From Candidatus Bathyarchaeota archaeon (GTDB lineage Archaea; Thermoproteota; Bathyarchaeia; 40CM-2-53-6), in contig CAVTBR010000002.1 of the NCBI GenBank assembly GCA_963733055.1, positions 471,071 through 535,070 of the forward strand: a stretch of 64,000 bases of DNA, given 5' to 3'. Positions 20,155 through 28,763 of this stretch are shown here, one piece after another. A model generated the notes under the pieces. The model did not search any database. It was not told where the DNA came from and saw only the letters and a list, made by a program, of their open reading frames with translations. Positions within the stretch are counted from its first letter, which is position 1, and the number at the start of each line of letters is the position of its first letter. The translations under genes were made by a program, and so were the position numbers.

Positions 20155-20260
20155 TGGAGCCCCGGGCGGGAATTGAACCCACGACCTACGCCTGTTTGGT
20201 TTGTTTACCAAGGCGTCGCTTTTGGCATTGGGTGATTCTACCAGGCTGAGCCACCGGGGC
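20155..20260 (-). tRNA. tRNA-Thr(GGU) with two introns (D-arm 17 nt, anticodon loop 12 nt)
   Basis: GCCCCGG...CCGGGGC-T-CCA; spliced anticodon arm ACGCC-TTGGTAA-GGCGT; mature length 77 nt. Confidence 0.92.
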
Positions 20261-20748
20261 GATTGTCGGCAGGCAGGCGTTGGAATATTCGCTAATTAAC
20301 CTTGGCGTCTGAACCTCATTGCGTTTGGGAAATGAAACATCACGAATCTCGCTCTTGTTAGGTCGGAGACTGTACGATCAAATTCCGGCAGGCTCTAAGT
20401 TGAGCGGACATCTTCCACGGCGTGGCGGGCTATTTCGGAAGATCTCATCGAATTTGATTGTGTGATTAGACAGCCAAATGGAGCTAAGGTAGGTTGGAAA
20501 AGCGTCGATTCGAGTGAATTAGTAAAAGCGGGTTATGATAGGTCATGAAAGCGCGAAATTGGATGTGTTTGGAACGGGGGAGGCTGGCCGGGGGTGTCAT
20601 ATTGGGTGCACTAACTTTTTGCGTTAAAAAATGGTATAATCGGACTTTTACCATTCACCAATGTGACAATACGTGACCAAACGCTTAAGTGCATTTATTG
20701 GACCACCGTGCGTCAGAGTCAATTAACAAAAGGAGGAAAATTAGAAAA

Positions 20749-21603
20749 ATGGTCAAGAAATGCCCATCATGCGGCTACAACAACCGTGATGACGCATCAT
20801 TCTGTTCAAGCTGCGGAGCATCTCTCGCAGGCAGCGCGGTCCCCTCACTCAAACCAGTCCCATCCGTACGCGTAGTAACCCCAGTCAGCCCCGGCGGACC
20901 TATCCGCGTGCCCGCACCAGGACAATGCTATTATCACCCCAACCTCCCAGCAGTATACGTCTGCAACAGATGTGGAAGGTCGATTTGTCGCGATGATTCA
21001 AAAACATACATGGATCTCGTCCTCTGCCCGCAATGTTACGCAGGAGTCGTTCCAATGGTAGCACAACAACCACCCCAAGCCGCCTATGCCCAACGCCCAC
21101 CCCAAATGGCGCCGGATTACGGTCCCCCGCCAATGGCTCAAGCCTATGGCCCGCCACCGATGGCACCGCCTATGGCTGCGCCAGCATTCGGTCCACCACC
21201 GATGGCTCCACCAGCAGCTGCTTACCCAGTCTATCCACCACCGCCACCAATGTTCGCCCCCGCATCACCGAGAGCACTCTGGGGCTTCATCCTATCAGTG
21301 ATCGCTGGAATCCTAGTAATACTCAACGCAGCAGCTTTACTCGCACCAGGCTTCTACGCGATGTGGGTAGGTGTATTCTTCTGGTTGCCAGCACTCGGCC
21401 CTGCTAGCTTAGCATTCGCAATCGGTATAATCATAGGGCTCATCCTGGTAATTGGGTCAATACTGATGCTGCTCGGCTACGGAACAATCGGAAGCATCGT
21501 CGTCTTCCCGTTGGCAGTGTTAAGCCTCATAATCGGCGGAGGCTTTGTGGCCGGCTTCGTCTTAGGTGTGCTGGGCGGTATACTCGGCATGCTCGGACGG
21601 TAA
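20749..21603 (+). CDS. Zn-ribbon + B-box-like zinc finger + Pro-rich linker + multi-TM membrane protein
   Basis: CPSC-x10-CSSC; CYYH-x7-CNRC-x4-C-x11-CPQC; (Y/F)GPPPMA repeats; hydrophobic Gly-rich C-terminus. Confidence 0.85.
   Translation: MVKKCPSCGYNNRDDASFCSSCGASLAGSAVPSLKPVPSVRVVTPVSPGGPIRVPAPGQCYYHPNLPAVYVCNRCGRSICRDDSKTYMDLVLCPQCYAGVVPMVAQQPPQAAYAQRPPQMAPDYGPPPMAQAYGPPPMAPPMAAPAFGPPPMAPPAAAYPVYPPPPPMFAPASPRALWGFILSVIAGILVILNAAALLAPGFYAMWVGVFFWLPALGPASLAFAIGIIIGLILVIGSILMLLGYGTIGSIVVFPLAVLSLIIGGGFVAGFVLGVLGGILGMLGR
21118..21207 (+). repeat. Intragenic Pro-rich repeat (Y/F)GPPPMA, three copies
   Basis: YGPPPMAQAYGPPPMAPPMAAPAFGPPPMA in the translation. Confidence 0.7.
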
Positions 21604-21625
21604 GTAGCGTAGGGCACCCCCAATA

Positions 21626-21647
21626 TTTTTTTTCTTTCTCTTTCTCT
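21626..21647 (+). terminator. Oligo-T/pyrimidine tract, probable archaeal intrinsic terminator
   Basis: TTTTTTTTCTTTCTCTTTCTCT 22 nt after the stop at 21603. Confidence 0.55.
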
Positions 21648-21886
21648 AACTTCAGTACGACGCCTAGTCGCTATTGCGCACTGGCGTGCTTCGAAGGCTG
21701 AGAAATGTATTTCTCTCCTTAATCCCCGAAGTATCGGGAGGGTTCGTTTCGTATTCGTACACCACGACGCTCGAATAAGCCCTCTGGAGCGCTCAGTCTC
21801 CATCCGACTCACCCTAACACGATGAACGCATGAGCCATCAAGTTAACTACACTCTATAAGATTAGGAGATGAAGGGGGACCAATCC

Positions 21887-23421
21887 ATGTCCTACGTCAG
21901 CATCTCGAAACCTGTGAAGGATAGGATTGTCCAAGCTGCACGGGACACAGAGACCGAGATTATTGGGCTTCTACTCGGTAAACTCCAAGATGACACGATA
22001 ATCGTCGAAGACTCGACCACCCACGAATTTTCGTCCGAACCACACCCGTCATGCTTCCGGCCAGCTCCATAGCAATCATAGCTGACCAACTCCTTACCGG
22101 ACGCTTGAAGGGCAACATCGTAGGATGGTACCACTCACACACAAGCGGAGGGCTGTTCTTTTCCGAGACCGATATTTCAACCCAAAAAAAACTACAGCAA
22201 TTCTCATCCTTGATTACGGGGTTGGTGGTTGATTCAAGAAACGGGGAAGTCGGATACTTCAGAGTCATCCCAAGAACTGACAAAGCCGTTCGACTCCCTG
22301 AATCAAGCATCATAGTTTATTCTGATCCGAAAGACGCCGTCCCGCCCCCTCAAAGGACAGCGACAGTTGTAACTCCCACGCCTACTGTGGAAGTTCGAAG
22401 ACACCCTCCTGCACGTCAGGTGCTGACGAGGCGTGCGGCGTTGGCGGTTATTTTGATTGTCCTAGTAATTTTGGTTGCGGGATTTGCAGGTCTGATCTAC
22501 AGTTACAAGTTCGCCTCCCAAACATCAGTAGCAATCATTCATAACCCCGTCTTGGCGGGGACCATTGGAACGCCAATAACGATTTTCGCCAACACAACCG
22601 GGCTTATACATAATGTGACTTTGGTTTATGGTCCGGAAAAACAGGGTCCGATTACAGACGTGGCAATGAAGACGGTGGTTCCTGGAGAATTCAGCTACGT
22701 GATTCCAGGCAATCAGGTGGCGGGGAATATGGCCTACTACATCAAAGCTTCCGATTCTGCGGGCAAGCAAGTTAACACTACCACTTATCACATCGTTATT
22801 TCTGATTTCAACATCCTACCACCAACCAGCTCGCTTACTGTATACAGAACCAAGTCTGCCGCCACAAACGTCCAAATAGCGTCCATCAACGATTTTACGC
22901 AACAGGTGCAACTCTCGGCAAACGGAAGCCCCAGCGGCATAACGATCGCATTCTCAAGAAACCCTGCCCCTACAGGAACAGTTAGCCTGAACGTGACCGC
23001 AAACTCGTCCACCCCCAACGGCACCTATCCAATAGCCCTGATTGCCACCTACCTACCACCTCAATCACCCCAAGTAGCAAGGCAAACGACTCTCAACGTA
23101 ACCGTAGCCGACTTTGAGCTTCAAGCCTCAACGACCAGTGTAACGGTCCCGGCCGGCTCAAAAGCGACTTTCAGCCTGAAGTTAACCCTCCAGAAGGGGT
23201 TCGTGGACCCTGTGAACATAACCCTGCTGAACCTTCCAGAGGGAGCAAAGTACACTTTAACGGGCAACCCGACGGTTCTACCTGGAGGTCCCGGGACGGC
23301 TACCATAACGGTTCAGATAACAATACCAGCCTTTACAAAGCCGGGAACATACCCTGTCGTTGTAGAGGCAGTTGGGGGCGGGCTAGTGCACGCCTTGACT
23401 GTCGAGGTTACAGTAAGGTAG
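21887..23421 (+). CDS. JAMM/MPN+ metalloprotease fused to a TM helix and extracellular Ig-like region; frameshifted near 22045
   Basis: The first frame gives ETEIIGLLLG (catalytic Glu). The second gives GWYHSHTSGGLFFSETD (HxH-x7-S-x2-D), TM AALAVILIVLVILVAGFAGLIY and beta-rich repeats with GTYPI/GTYPV. One base is apparently missing at CAC-CC-GTC-ATG. Confidence 0.85.
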
Positions 23422-23475
23422 TTTAGGCTCCTATATGGAGAGACAGGCAGCATGAGTGGAGGTGAACGATAGAAG

Positions 23476-23718
23476 ATGAAACTATTCATTCAAGCGCCTA
23501 TCGGACCCCAGACGGGTTTGGCGGAGATCGACGTGATCCCCGACCACACGGTTGCTGAAATCAAGCAACAGGTGTGCACCTCATTCGGCGTTGACCCGAC
23601 GACGGTTGCTCTGATGTACGGAGGCGCAATACTAGACGAAGGCTCAACTATAGCACGATCGGGCATTCCAGAAAACGCTCAACTCGCCCTCATGCCTTAC
23701 AACATAATTGGCGGGTAA
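23476..23718 (+). CDS. Ubiquitin-like modifier ending in Gly-Gly
   Basis: 80 aa; TVAEIKQQV and LMYGGAILDEGSTIARSGI parallel ubiquitin TIENVKAKI and LIFAGKQLEDGRTLSDYNI; ends NIIGG; GGAGGTGA SD. Confidence 0.92.
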   Translation: MKLFIQAPIGPQTGLAEIDVIPDHTVAEIKQQVCTSFGVDPTTVALMYGGAILDEGSTIARSGIPENAQLALMPYNIIGG

Positions 23719-23730
23719 GGCTGAGACCGA

Positions 23731-24324
23731 TTGGACGCTACTCTGCTATACAAGGAAAAGAGCCTCCTCAACCACCAATTCCCCACGATCACAGCCCTGA
23801 ACGACCCACCTACCCAGTTCGACGGATTAATTCGATGCGAGAAAGGAGAGGTAAGACGCCTTGCTGAGAAGGGAGTATGGCCCTTCACAGAGTACGTGAA
23901 CTGGAACAGATTCAAACTCGACCTGCCAAACGAATACCCACTGAAACCTCCCGTGGCGACTTGGCTGACAGATATCTCCCACCCAAATATTGTACCGAAC
24001 ATTCCGAATGCAGTTTGCGTGTCCGTCCTAGGTGAAAAATGGGATCCGCGACTCAAACTGATCTCGGTCGTCAATTCACTCCACTATCTCCTCACCGACC
24101 CAAACCCACAAAGCGTCTTCGACAACCCCCGTGCCTTGAAAGCTGCCGACGTTTGCCGATCACATGGGTTCCCTAGAATGACCAAGCACAAGGCGAAGGA
24201 AGAAGTGAACGATACAGTTCATTTCAACATAGTCCCCATACCAAGAACGCCAACCACACTCTCCCAACCCGGCGACATAGTGACCTTCTCAATCCCCAGG
24301 AGAGAAAACCGGACGCCGCGATAA
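23731..24324 (+). CDS. Ubiquitin-conjugating enzyme E2-like (UBC fold)
   Basis: FKLDLPNEYPLKPP, ISHPNI, VCVSVLGEKWDP (catalytic Cys) and LLTDPNPQS, the canonical UBC motif order. Confidence 0.93.
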   Translation: MDATLLYKEKSLLNHQFPTITALNDPPTQFDGLIRCEKGEVRRLAEKGVWPFTEYVNWNRFKLDLPNEYPLKPPVATWLTDISHPNIVPNIPNAVCVSVLGEKWDPRLKLISVVNSLHYLLTDPNPQSVFDNPRALKAADVCRSHGFPRMTKHKAKEEVNDTVHFNIVPIPRTPTTLSQPGDIVTFSIPRRENRTPR

Positions 24325-25574
24325 TGAAACTCGTTGCCTCCATCCCACGGTATAAGCAAATTGAGATCGACCTAGCCCCGACAAGAACCATCATGGAATT
24401 CAAACAGAAAGCCTGCGAGAAACTAGGTATAGAAGCAGACCTTACAAAATGCCTGCTCCACGGTAAGCAACTGACAGAAAACTCATCCATCGCACGGCTC
24501 AAGAACGAAAAAGACCCTGTGATTCTAGATTATCTCTGGGCACGGCAGCTTCTCGTCTGGGGCGCCGAGGGACAGCGGAAGATTCGAAACGCAACTGTAC
24601 TTTTGGCGGGGGCGGGAGCGATCGGTAATGAAGCCGCGAAAAACCTCGCCATGCTTGGGGTTGGAAGAATCATAATAGTGGACCGGGACAATATCGAGCT
24701 GTCAAACGTAAGCCGAATGGTCTTCTTCCAACCTAAAGACCTGGGCAAGAACAAAGCCGAATTCTTGGCGAAGAACCTTCATCTCACGTATCCATTCGTG
24801 ACGACTACCGCCTACCGGGGCGAACTTGAAGGCATGCCGTTGAAACTCTACCTTGACTCCCAAGTTGTTCTTTGTGGTTTGGATAATGTCGTTTCACGAA
24901 TCTTCCTTACGCAAACATGTCGTAAGTACTCCATTCCACTAATCGATGGGGGAATTACTGGGTTGAACGGAAGGGTTCATTCCTACCTGCCCCCCGATGA
25001 CCCATGCCCAATCTGCCTCTTCCCCGCGAACCAATACTCCAACATCGCGGGCCTACGTAACCCGTGCGAGGGGCCACTGGAACAAGAAACCGTTCCTTCT
25101 TTCGCCACCTCCATTTCCCTAGTGTCATCGATTCTCGCGCAGGAAACAGTCAAGGTAATCCTAGGGTTAGGAGAGTACAAGTCAACTAAGAAGTGGCCTG
25201 AGAAAACTGGCCAACCGCTCAGATCAATCCTGTTCGTTGACCTGAAGAACAATCGCTACAGCACCATGGACCTCAAAAGAAGCGAACGATGCATTGTCTG
25301 CGGGAAAGACGGAACGGGAAGAACCCTGGTTCCGCGCGGTGACATGTCGCTCGATGCCCCTCCTGGTTCCAAGGCCACGGTCGAAGAATCAATCCGGAAG
25401 GTTTCCAACCTGGCCAAGGGAGAACTCACGATTTTCGCAGAAACCTCAGAGGGTACACGGAAGATAGAGAGCAAATCGTTGCTTCGTAGCGTTGGAAAAC
25501 GGGGCGATTACCTGAGAATCTTGGCGGAGGGCAAGAACAAAGAACTCCACGAATCAATACTAAGACTCACATAA
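24324..25574 (+). CDS. E1-like activating enzyme (N-terminal Ubl + ThiF/E1 adenylation domain + C-terminal extension)
   Basis: N-terminal TIMEFKQKA..LLHGKQLTENSSI; RQLLVWG, GAGAIG, DRDNIELSNVSR, CPIC, NPCEG and CIVC. Start overlaps the E2 stop (TAATG). Confidence 0.93.
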   Translation: MKLVASIPRYKQIEIDLAPTRTIMEFKQKACEKLGIEADLTKCLLHGKQLTENSSIARLKNEKDPVILDYLWARQLLVWGAEGQRKIRNATVLLAGAGAIGNEAAKNLAMLGVGRIIIVDRDNIELSNVSRMVFFQPKDLGKNKAEFLAKNLHLTYPFVTTTAYRGELEGMPLKLYLDSQVVLCGLDNVVSRIFLTQTCRKYSIPLIDGGITGLNGRVHSYLPPDDPCPICLFPANQYSNIAGLRNPCEGPLEQETVPSFATSISLVSSILAQETVKVILGLGEYKSTKKWPEKTGQPLRSILFVDLKNNRYSTMDLKRSERCIVCGKDGTGRTLVPRGDMSLDAPPGSKATVEESIRKVSNLAKGELTIFAETSEGTRKIESKSLLRSVGKRGDYLRILAEGKNKELHESILRLT

Positions 25575-25732
25575 CCCGAATTTTGAACTATCCATGTTAG
25601 TTTCTCGCACAACCCCTCGCACCAGGCTCCAGCAACTCCATCTTCTATGGGGAAAGCAGCCATTCAAACGTCTATTTTCAATGGGTAATCGTTAAGAACG
25701 GCCTGCAAACACTTCCTTAGTGTGTTCGGAAC

Positions 25733-26146
25733 ATGATTCCCTGTCAATCATGCGGCAGACCAAACGCTGAGGACGCGAGATTTTGTTTCAGTTGCGGCGC
25801 AGCACTTTCAAGGTTTCCACCAGTCAAGGTTGAAGTCAAATCCCCATTAACAGGCCAGACAATTCCAACTCCACGAGGCGCCCCTCCGATGTATACTCCC
25901 AGACAGATTCAGACGCCGGGAAGCTGCTATTACCACCACGATCTACCATCAGCTTACGTTTGCACGCGGTGCGGCAGGTCGATTTGTGCAGGTTGCAACA
26001 AGCAATACGGAGTGCTAAACTTCTGCACCGAATGCTACTGGAACTTAGCCCCGAAGTTCAGTTATGGGCAGCAGCAGTATCAACAGCCCCAGCAATACCC
26101 TATGCCATACCCGCAACAAGAGCAAGGTATGAACCCGTTCTTCTAA
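25733..26146 (+). CDS. Zn-ribbon + B-box-like zinc-finger protein with Q/P/Y-rich tail (soluble paralog of 20749-21603)
   Basis: CQSC-x10-CFSC; CYYH-x7-CTRC-x4-CAGC-x9-CTEC. Confidence 0.85.
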   Translation: MIPCQSCGRPNAEDARFCFSCGAALSRFPPVKVEVKSPLTGQTIPTPRGAPPMYTPRQIQTPGSCYYHHDLPSAYVCTRCGRSICAGCNKQYGVLNFCTECYWNLAPKFSYGQQQYQQPQQYPMPYPQQEQGMNPFF

Positions 26147-27813
26147 GCTAAACGGCCTTCTTTCTTCAAACTCTCAGTTATTTCCTTCAACTGCTCAACA
26201 GAGATGCCAAGCTCTGTTGACGCCTCGGTCATAGATATGCTACCCTCATGTTTCACGATGTAATCATACACCCTATTCTCCGCCGAAGGCTCGACAATAG
26301 CCGCCACCGGGGTTCCGCATTTCTCGCAGAACTCGGCTCCCCTCGCTACATTGTTACCACAACTCTTGCAAACCATGAATGGCTCTAGCATTGCCTGCCC
26401 AGTTTTTTGCGGGCGAAGTCCCGCAGCCCTGCTCTCAAGCTTACTCCTCCTGTGAACTACCACTGCAGTAACTCCAACAGCAGCAAAAGCTACGGCGCTG
26501 CCCCCAAAGAGTAGGATAAGTGGTACGTAGTCTACTGCCCATTCAGCCCGCACAACGTACGGGCCATTCACCGTTAACATCCATGAGCTCCCCGTGTTAT
26601 TCAGGGTCTGAGTCGCTGGATCAACACTCCATCCCGTAAGGGCATATGAAACGGGCCAGGTACCCGAAGAGGTTGGGGAAGTAATCGTTGCGGTCGTTCC
26701 TCGATCATACCAGCCCGACCCTGAAACTGTTCCGTAGGTCGAACGCACATCAACATAGTACTGTGTGGTGTAAGCTAGCGTCACGTTTGTCGGACCAGTG
26801 ACCAAAACCGAGTAGGACAGATTCTTCGAAACAGAGCTGTTGTAAGACCAACCCGTGAAGCGCAAGCGTTCCACTGGGCTCAGATTAATGATGGAGGGCG
26901 CTGGCCCCATTTGCACGCTAGAATTCGCATCGTACCAACCCGCGTGCGTCTCATTGTAGGAGGAGGATACGCTCGGTGAGGAGTATGTCACGGTTAGGAG
27001 GTATTGAACGAGGTAGTTGGCGCTGACAATTTTCGGCCGATCCATTAACACCATTCCCGAAGGTTGCTGTCCAGAAGATTCCCCGCCCCAATGATCGAAC
27101 TCCAGGCGCGTATTCGATGAATTAGACGCAACCATGCTAGCAGAAAAGTTAGCCTCCACGCCCGAATCGTACCACTCCGAACCTGCCAAGCCTGTGACGT
27201 TCGGAGGATTGGACTGTACGGTCAAGAAGAACTGGGTCTTCCAATTTGCGACCGCTGCCTTTGGCCCATCCATGACTATCGGGTTGGACGTCAATTGGGT
27301 CCCTGTGGCGTCGCCAGACCAACCTGTGAATATGTTCCTCGTCCCCTGGCCCTCAGCGATTTGTTGATCATTCAAAATTGCGTGCGCCGTTGAGCCAGAG
27401 TTGTACCATGCCTGGCCGGTTATTGAACTGAAGCCGCTTTCCACGGATAGGAAATATTGAGGGGTGTAGTTGAACTGATGGCTGCCTGGCGTGCTGACGC
27501 CCCACTCCGTATTATTTTCGTAATATCGTGTCCCGTTGCCGTTCCCTTGCACGTAGGCATCCACTAAGATGACGTGCGGGTTGTTGTTTGCTGAAAGAGT
27601 ATACGTGGCCGAGCTCCCGCCGCTCAATGTTCCGTTAAAGCTTCCATCGACGTAGACGTGGGTTGTGAGGGAGGGCGGTAGACCCTGCACTGTGACGTTA
27701 ACCGTGTAGCTGTTGTCGCCACGAACGTAAGAGGCGTTGAGAGCGATTAGGACGATGGATAAGGCAATAACCACTAGCAATCGCCCTGAAGACCCCAAAG
27801 TCAGCCGTCTCAA
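26143..27813 (-). CDS. Membrane protein: signal peptide, tandem beta repeats, TM, Zn-ribbon, C-terminal winged-HTH-like domain
   Basis: Repeated TQYxLTV / GxxWYDSG / FTGWS units; TM; CKSC-x10-CEKC; VYDYIVKHEGSISMTEASTELGIS. Confidence 0.8.
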   Translation of the reverse strand: MRRLTLGSSGRLLVVIALSIVLIALNASYVRGDNSYTVNVTVQGLPPSLTTHVYVDGSFNGTLSGGSSATYTLSANNNPHVILVDAYVQGNGNGTRYYENNTEWGVSTPGSHQFNYTPQYFLSVESGFSSITGQAWYNSGSTAHAILNDQQIAEGQGTRNIFTGWSGDATGTQLTSNPIVMDGPKAAVANWKTQFFLTVQSNPPNVTGLAGSEWYDSGVEANFSASMVASNSSNTRLEFDHWGGESSGQQPSGMVLMDRPKIVSANYLVQYLLTVTYSSPSVSSSYNETHAGWYDANSSVQMGPAPSIINLSPVERLRFTGWSYNSSVSKNLSYSVLVTGPTNVTLAYTTQYYVDVRSTYGTVSGSGWYDRGTTATITSPTSSGTWPVSYALTGWSVDPATQTLNNTGSSWMLTVNGPYVVRAEWAVDYVPLILLFGGSAVAFAAVGVTAVVVHRRSKLESRAAGLRPQKTGQAMLEPFMVCKSCGNNVARGAEFCEKCGTPVAAIVEPSAENRVYDYIVKHEGSISMTEASTELGISVEQLKEITESLKKEGRLA

Positions 27814-28049
27814 ATCGACGTGTCGGATTTCGAACCTTAAGAATTTTACAACACTCTACGGTGTCGGTTAAATGCGGAAAGGAGCCCCATTTTAGACTGG
27901 TTCAATGAAAATTGGACCAACCCGTAACAGCAATGAGATTTAAGTTGCGTCCCACCGCCATAAGCTAACCCGTGCAAGTCGACGTTGACGACGCATTCGA
28001 CACAAACAGATGAGAAACTAATTTGGGGTTAGAGGATGGATTGTAAGGA

Positions 28050-28340
28050 ATGACGTCCACGCCATACACGCGGGGCCGTAGCCGCGAATACCAAGTTCTA
28101 AGGAAACTCAGGGAAGAGGGATGGTACTGTAGCCGTAGTGCAGCCTCACATGGCCCCGTAGACATATTCGCAGGCCGAGCTGGAAAAATCCTCATGGTAC
28201 AAGTGAAGAGCGGAAAGGGGAGAGCCACCGATGCGGAGCGAAGTACGTTGAAGCTTTGGGGCGAAGCATACCGGGGAAGGGTAGAGATTTGGAAGTATCG
28301 AAAAGGCAAACCGCTCGAACGGGAACTGGTCTACGAATAG
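28050..28340 (+). CDS. hjc: Archaeal Holliday junction resolvase-like PD-(D/E)xK nuclease
   Basis: RGRSRE, RSAAS, PVDIFA and VQVKS motifs. Confidence 0.8.
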   Translation: MTSTPYTRGRSREYQVLRKLREEGWYCSRSAASHGPVDIFAGRAGKILMVQVKSGKGRATDAERSTLKLWGEAYRGRVEIWKYRKGKPLERELVYE

Positions 28341-28357
28341 TGAGCCACGCAGATCTC

Positions 28358-28708
28358 TTAACTTGCTGTCGATAATAGTTTCATCTGACCTATGCTCTCG
28401 TCTATCGCCTTCTGAGAAAGTCCCCGTCCGAGACCTCCGTCCTTTCTGAATGCGGCTTTGCCGTCTTTGAATATGATAATCGTGGGAACAACTCGGATGT
28501 TGAAGACCTCCCAAAGTGGATTTTCTTCGTTGCTGATATCTACTGAGGCCCATGAAACGTGGTCCTTGTCCGCGGCGGCTTGAAAGGCTGGGTAGAATCG
28601 TGTACAGAACGGACACCAAGAGGCGAGAAAGACAGCGGCCAGTGTTCCTTGGTTGTTCAGAGTTTCGCCGTTGAAATCATCGCATTTTAGTTCCGTTTCC
28701 ATTACCAA
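28358..28708 (-). CDS. Thioredoxin family protein
   Basis: WCPFC and cis-Pro loop VVPTI. Confidence 0.9.
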   Translation of the reverse strand: MVMETELKCDDFNGETLNNQGTLAAVFLASWCPFCTRFYPAFQAAADKDHVSWASVDISNEENPLWEVFNIRVVPTIIIFKDGKAAFRKDGGLGRGLSQKAIDESIGQMKLLSTAS

Positions 28709-28763
28709 GGGGCTCTAGGCGGGACCTTACTTTCAACCTATCGTCGAATACGCCAAACCTTAC

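Noticed and set aside
23476-25574. MoaD/ThiS-MoeB sulfur-carrier or SAMP system
   Set aside because: An intact E2 lies between the genes, the Ubl resembles ubiquitin more than MoaD, and no cofactor-biosynthesis genes are adjacent.
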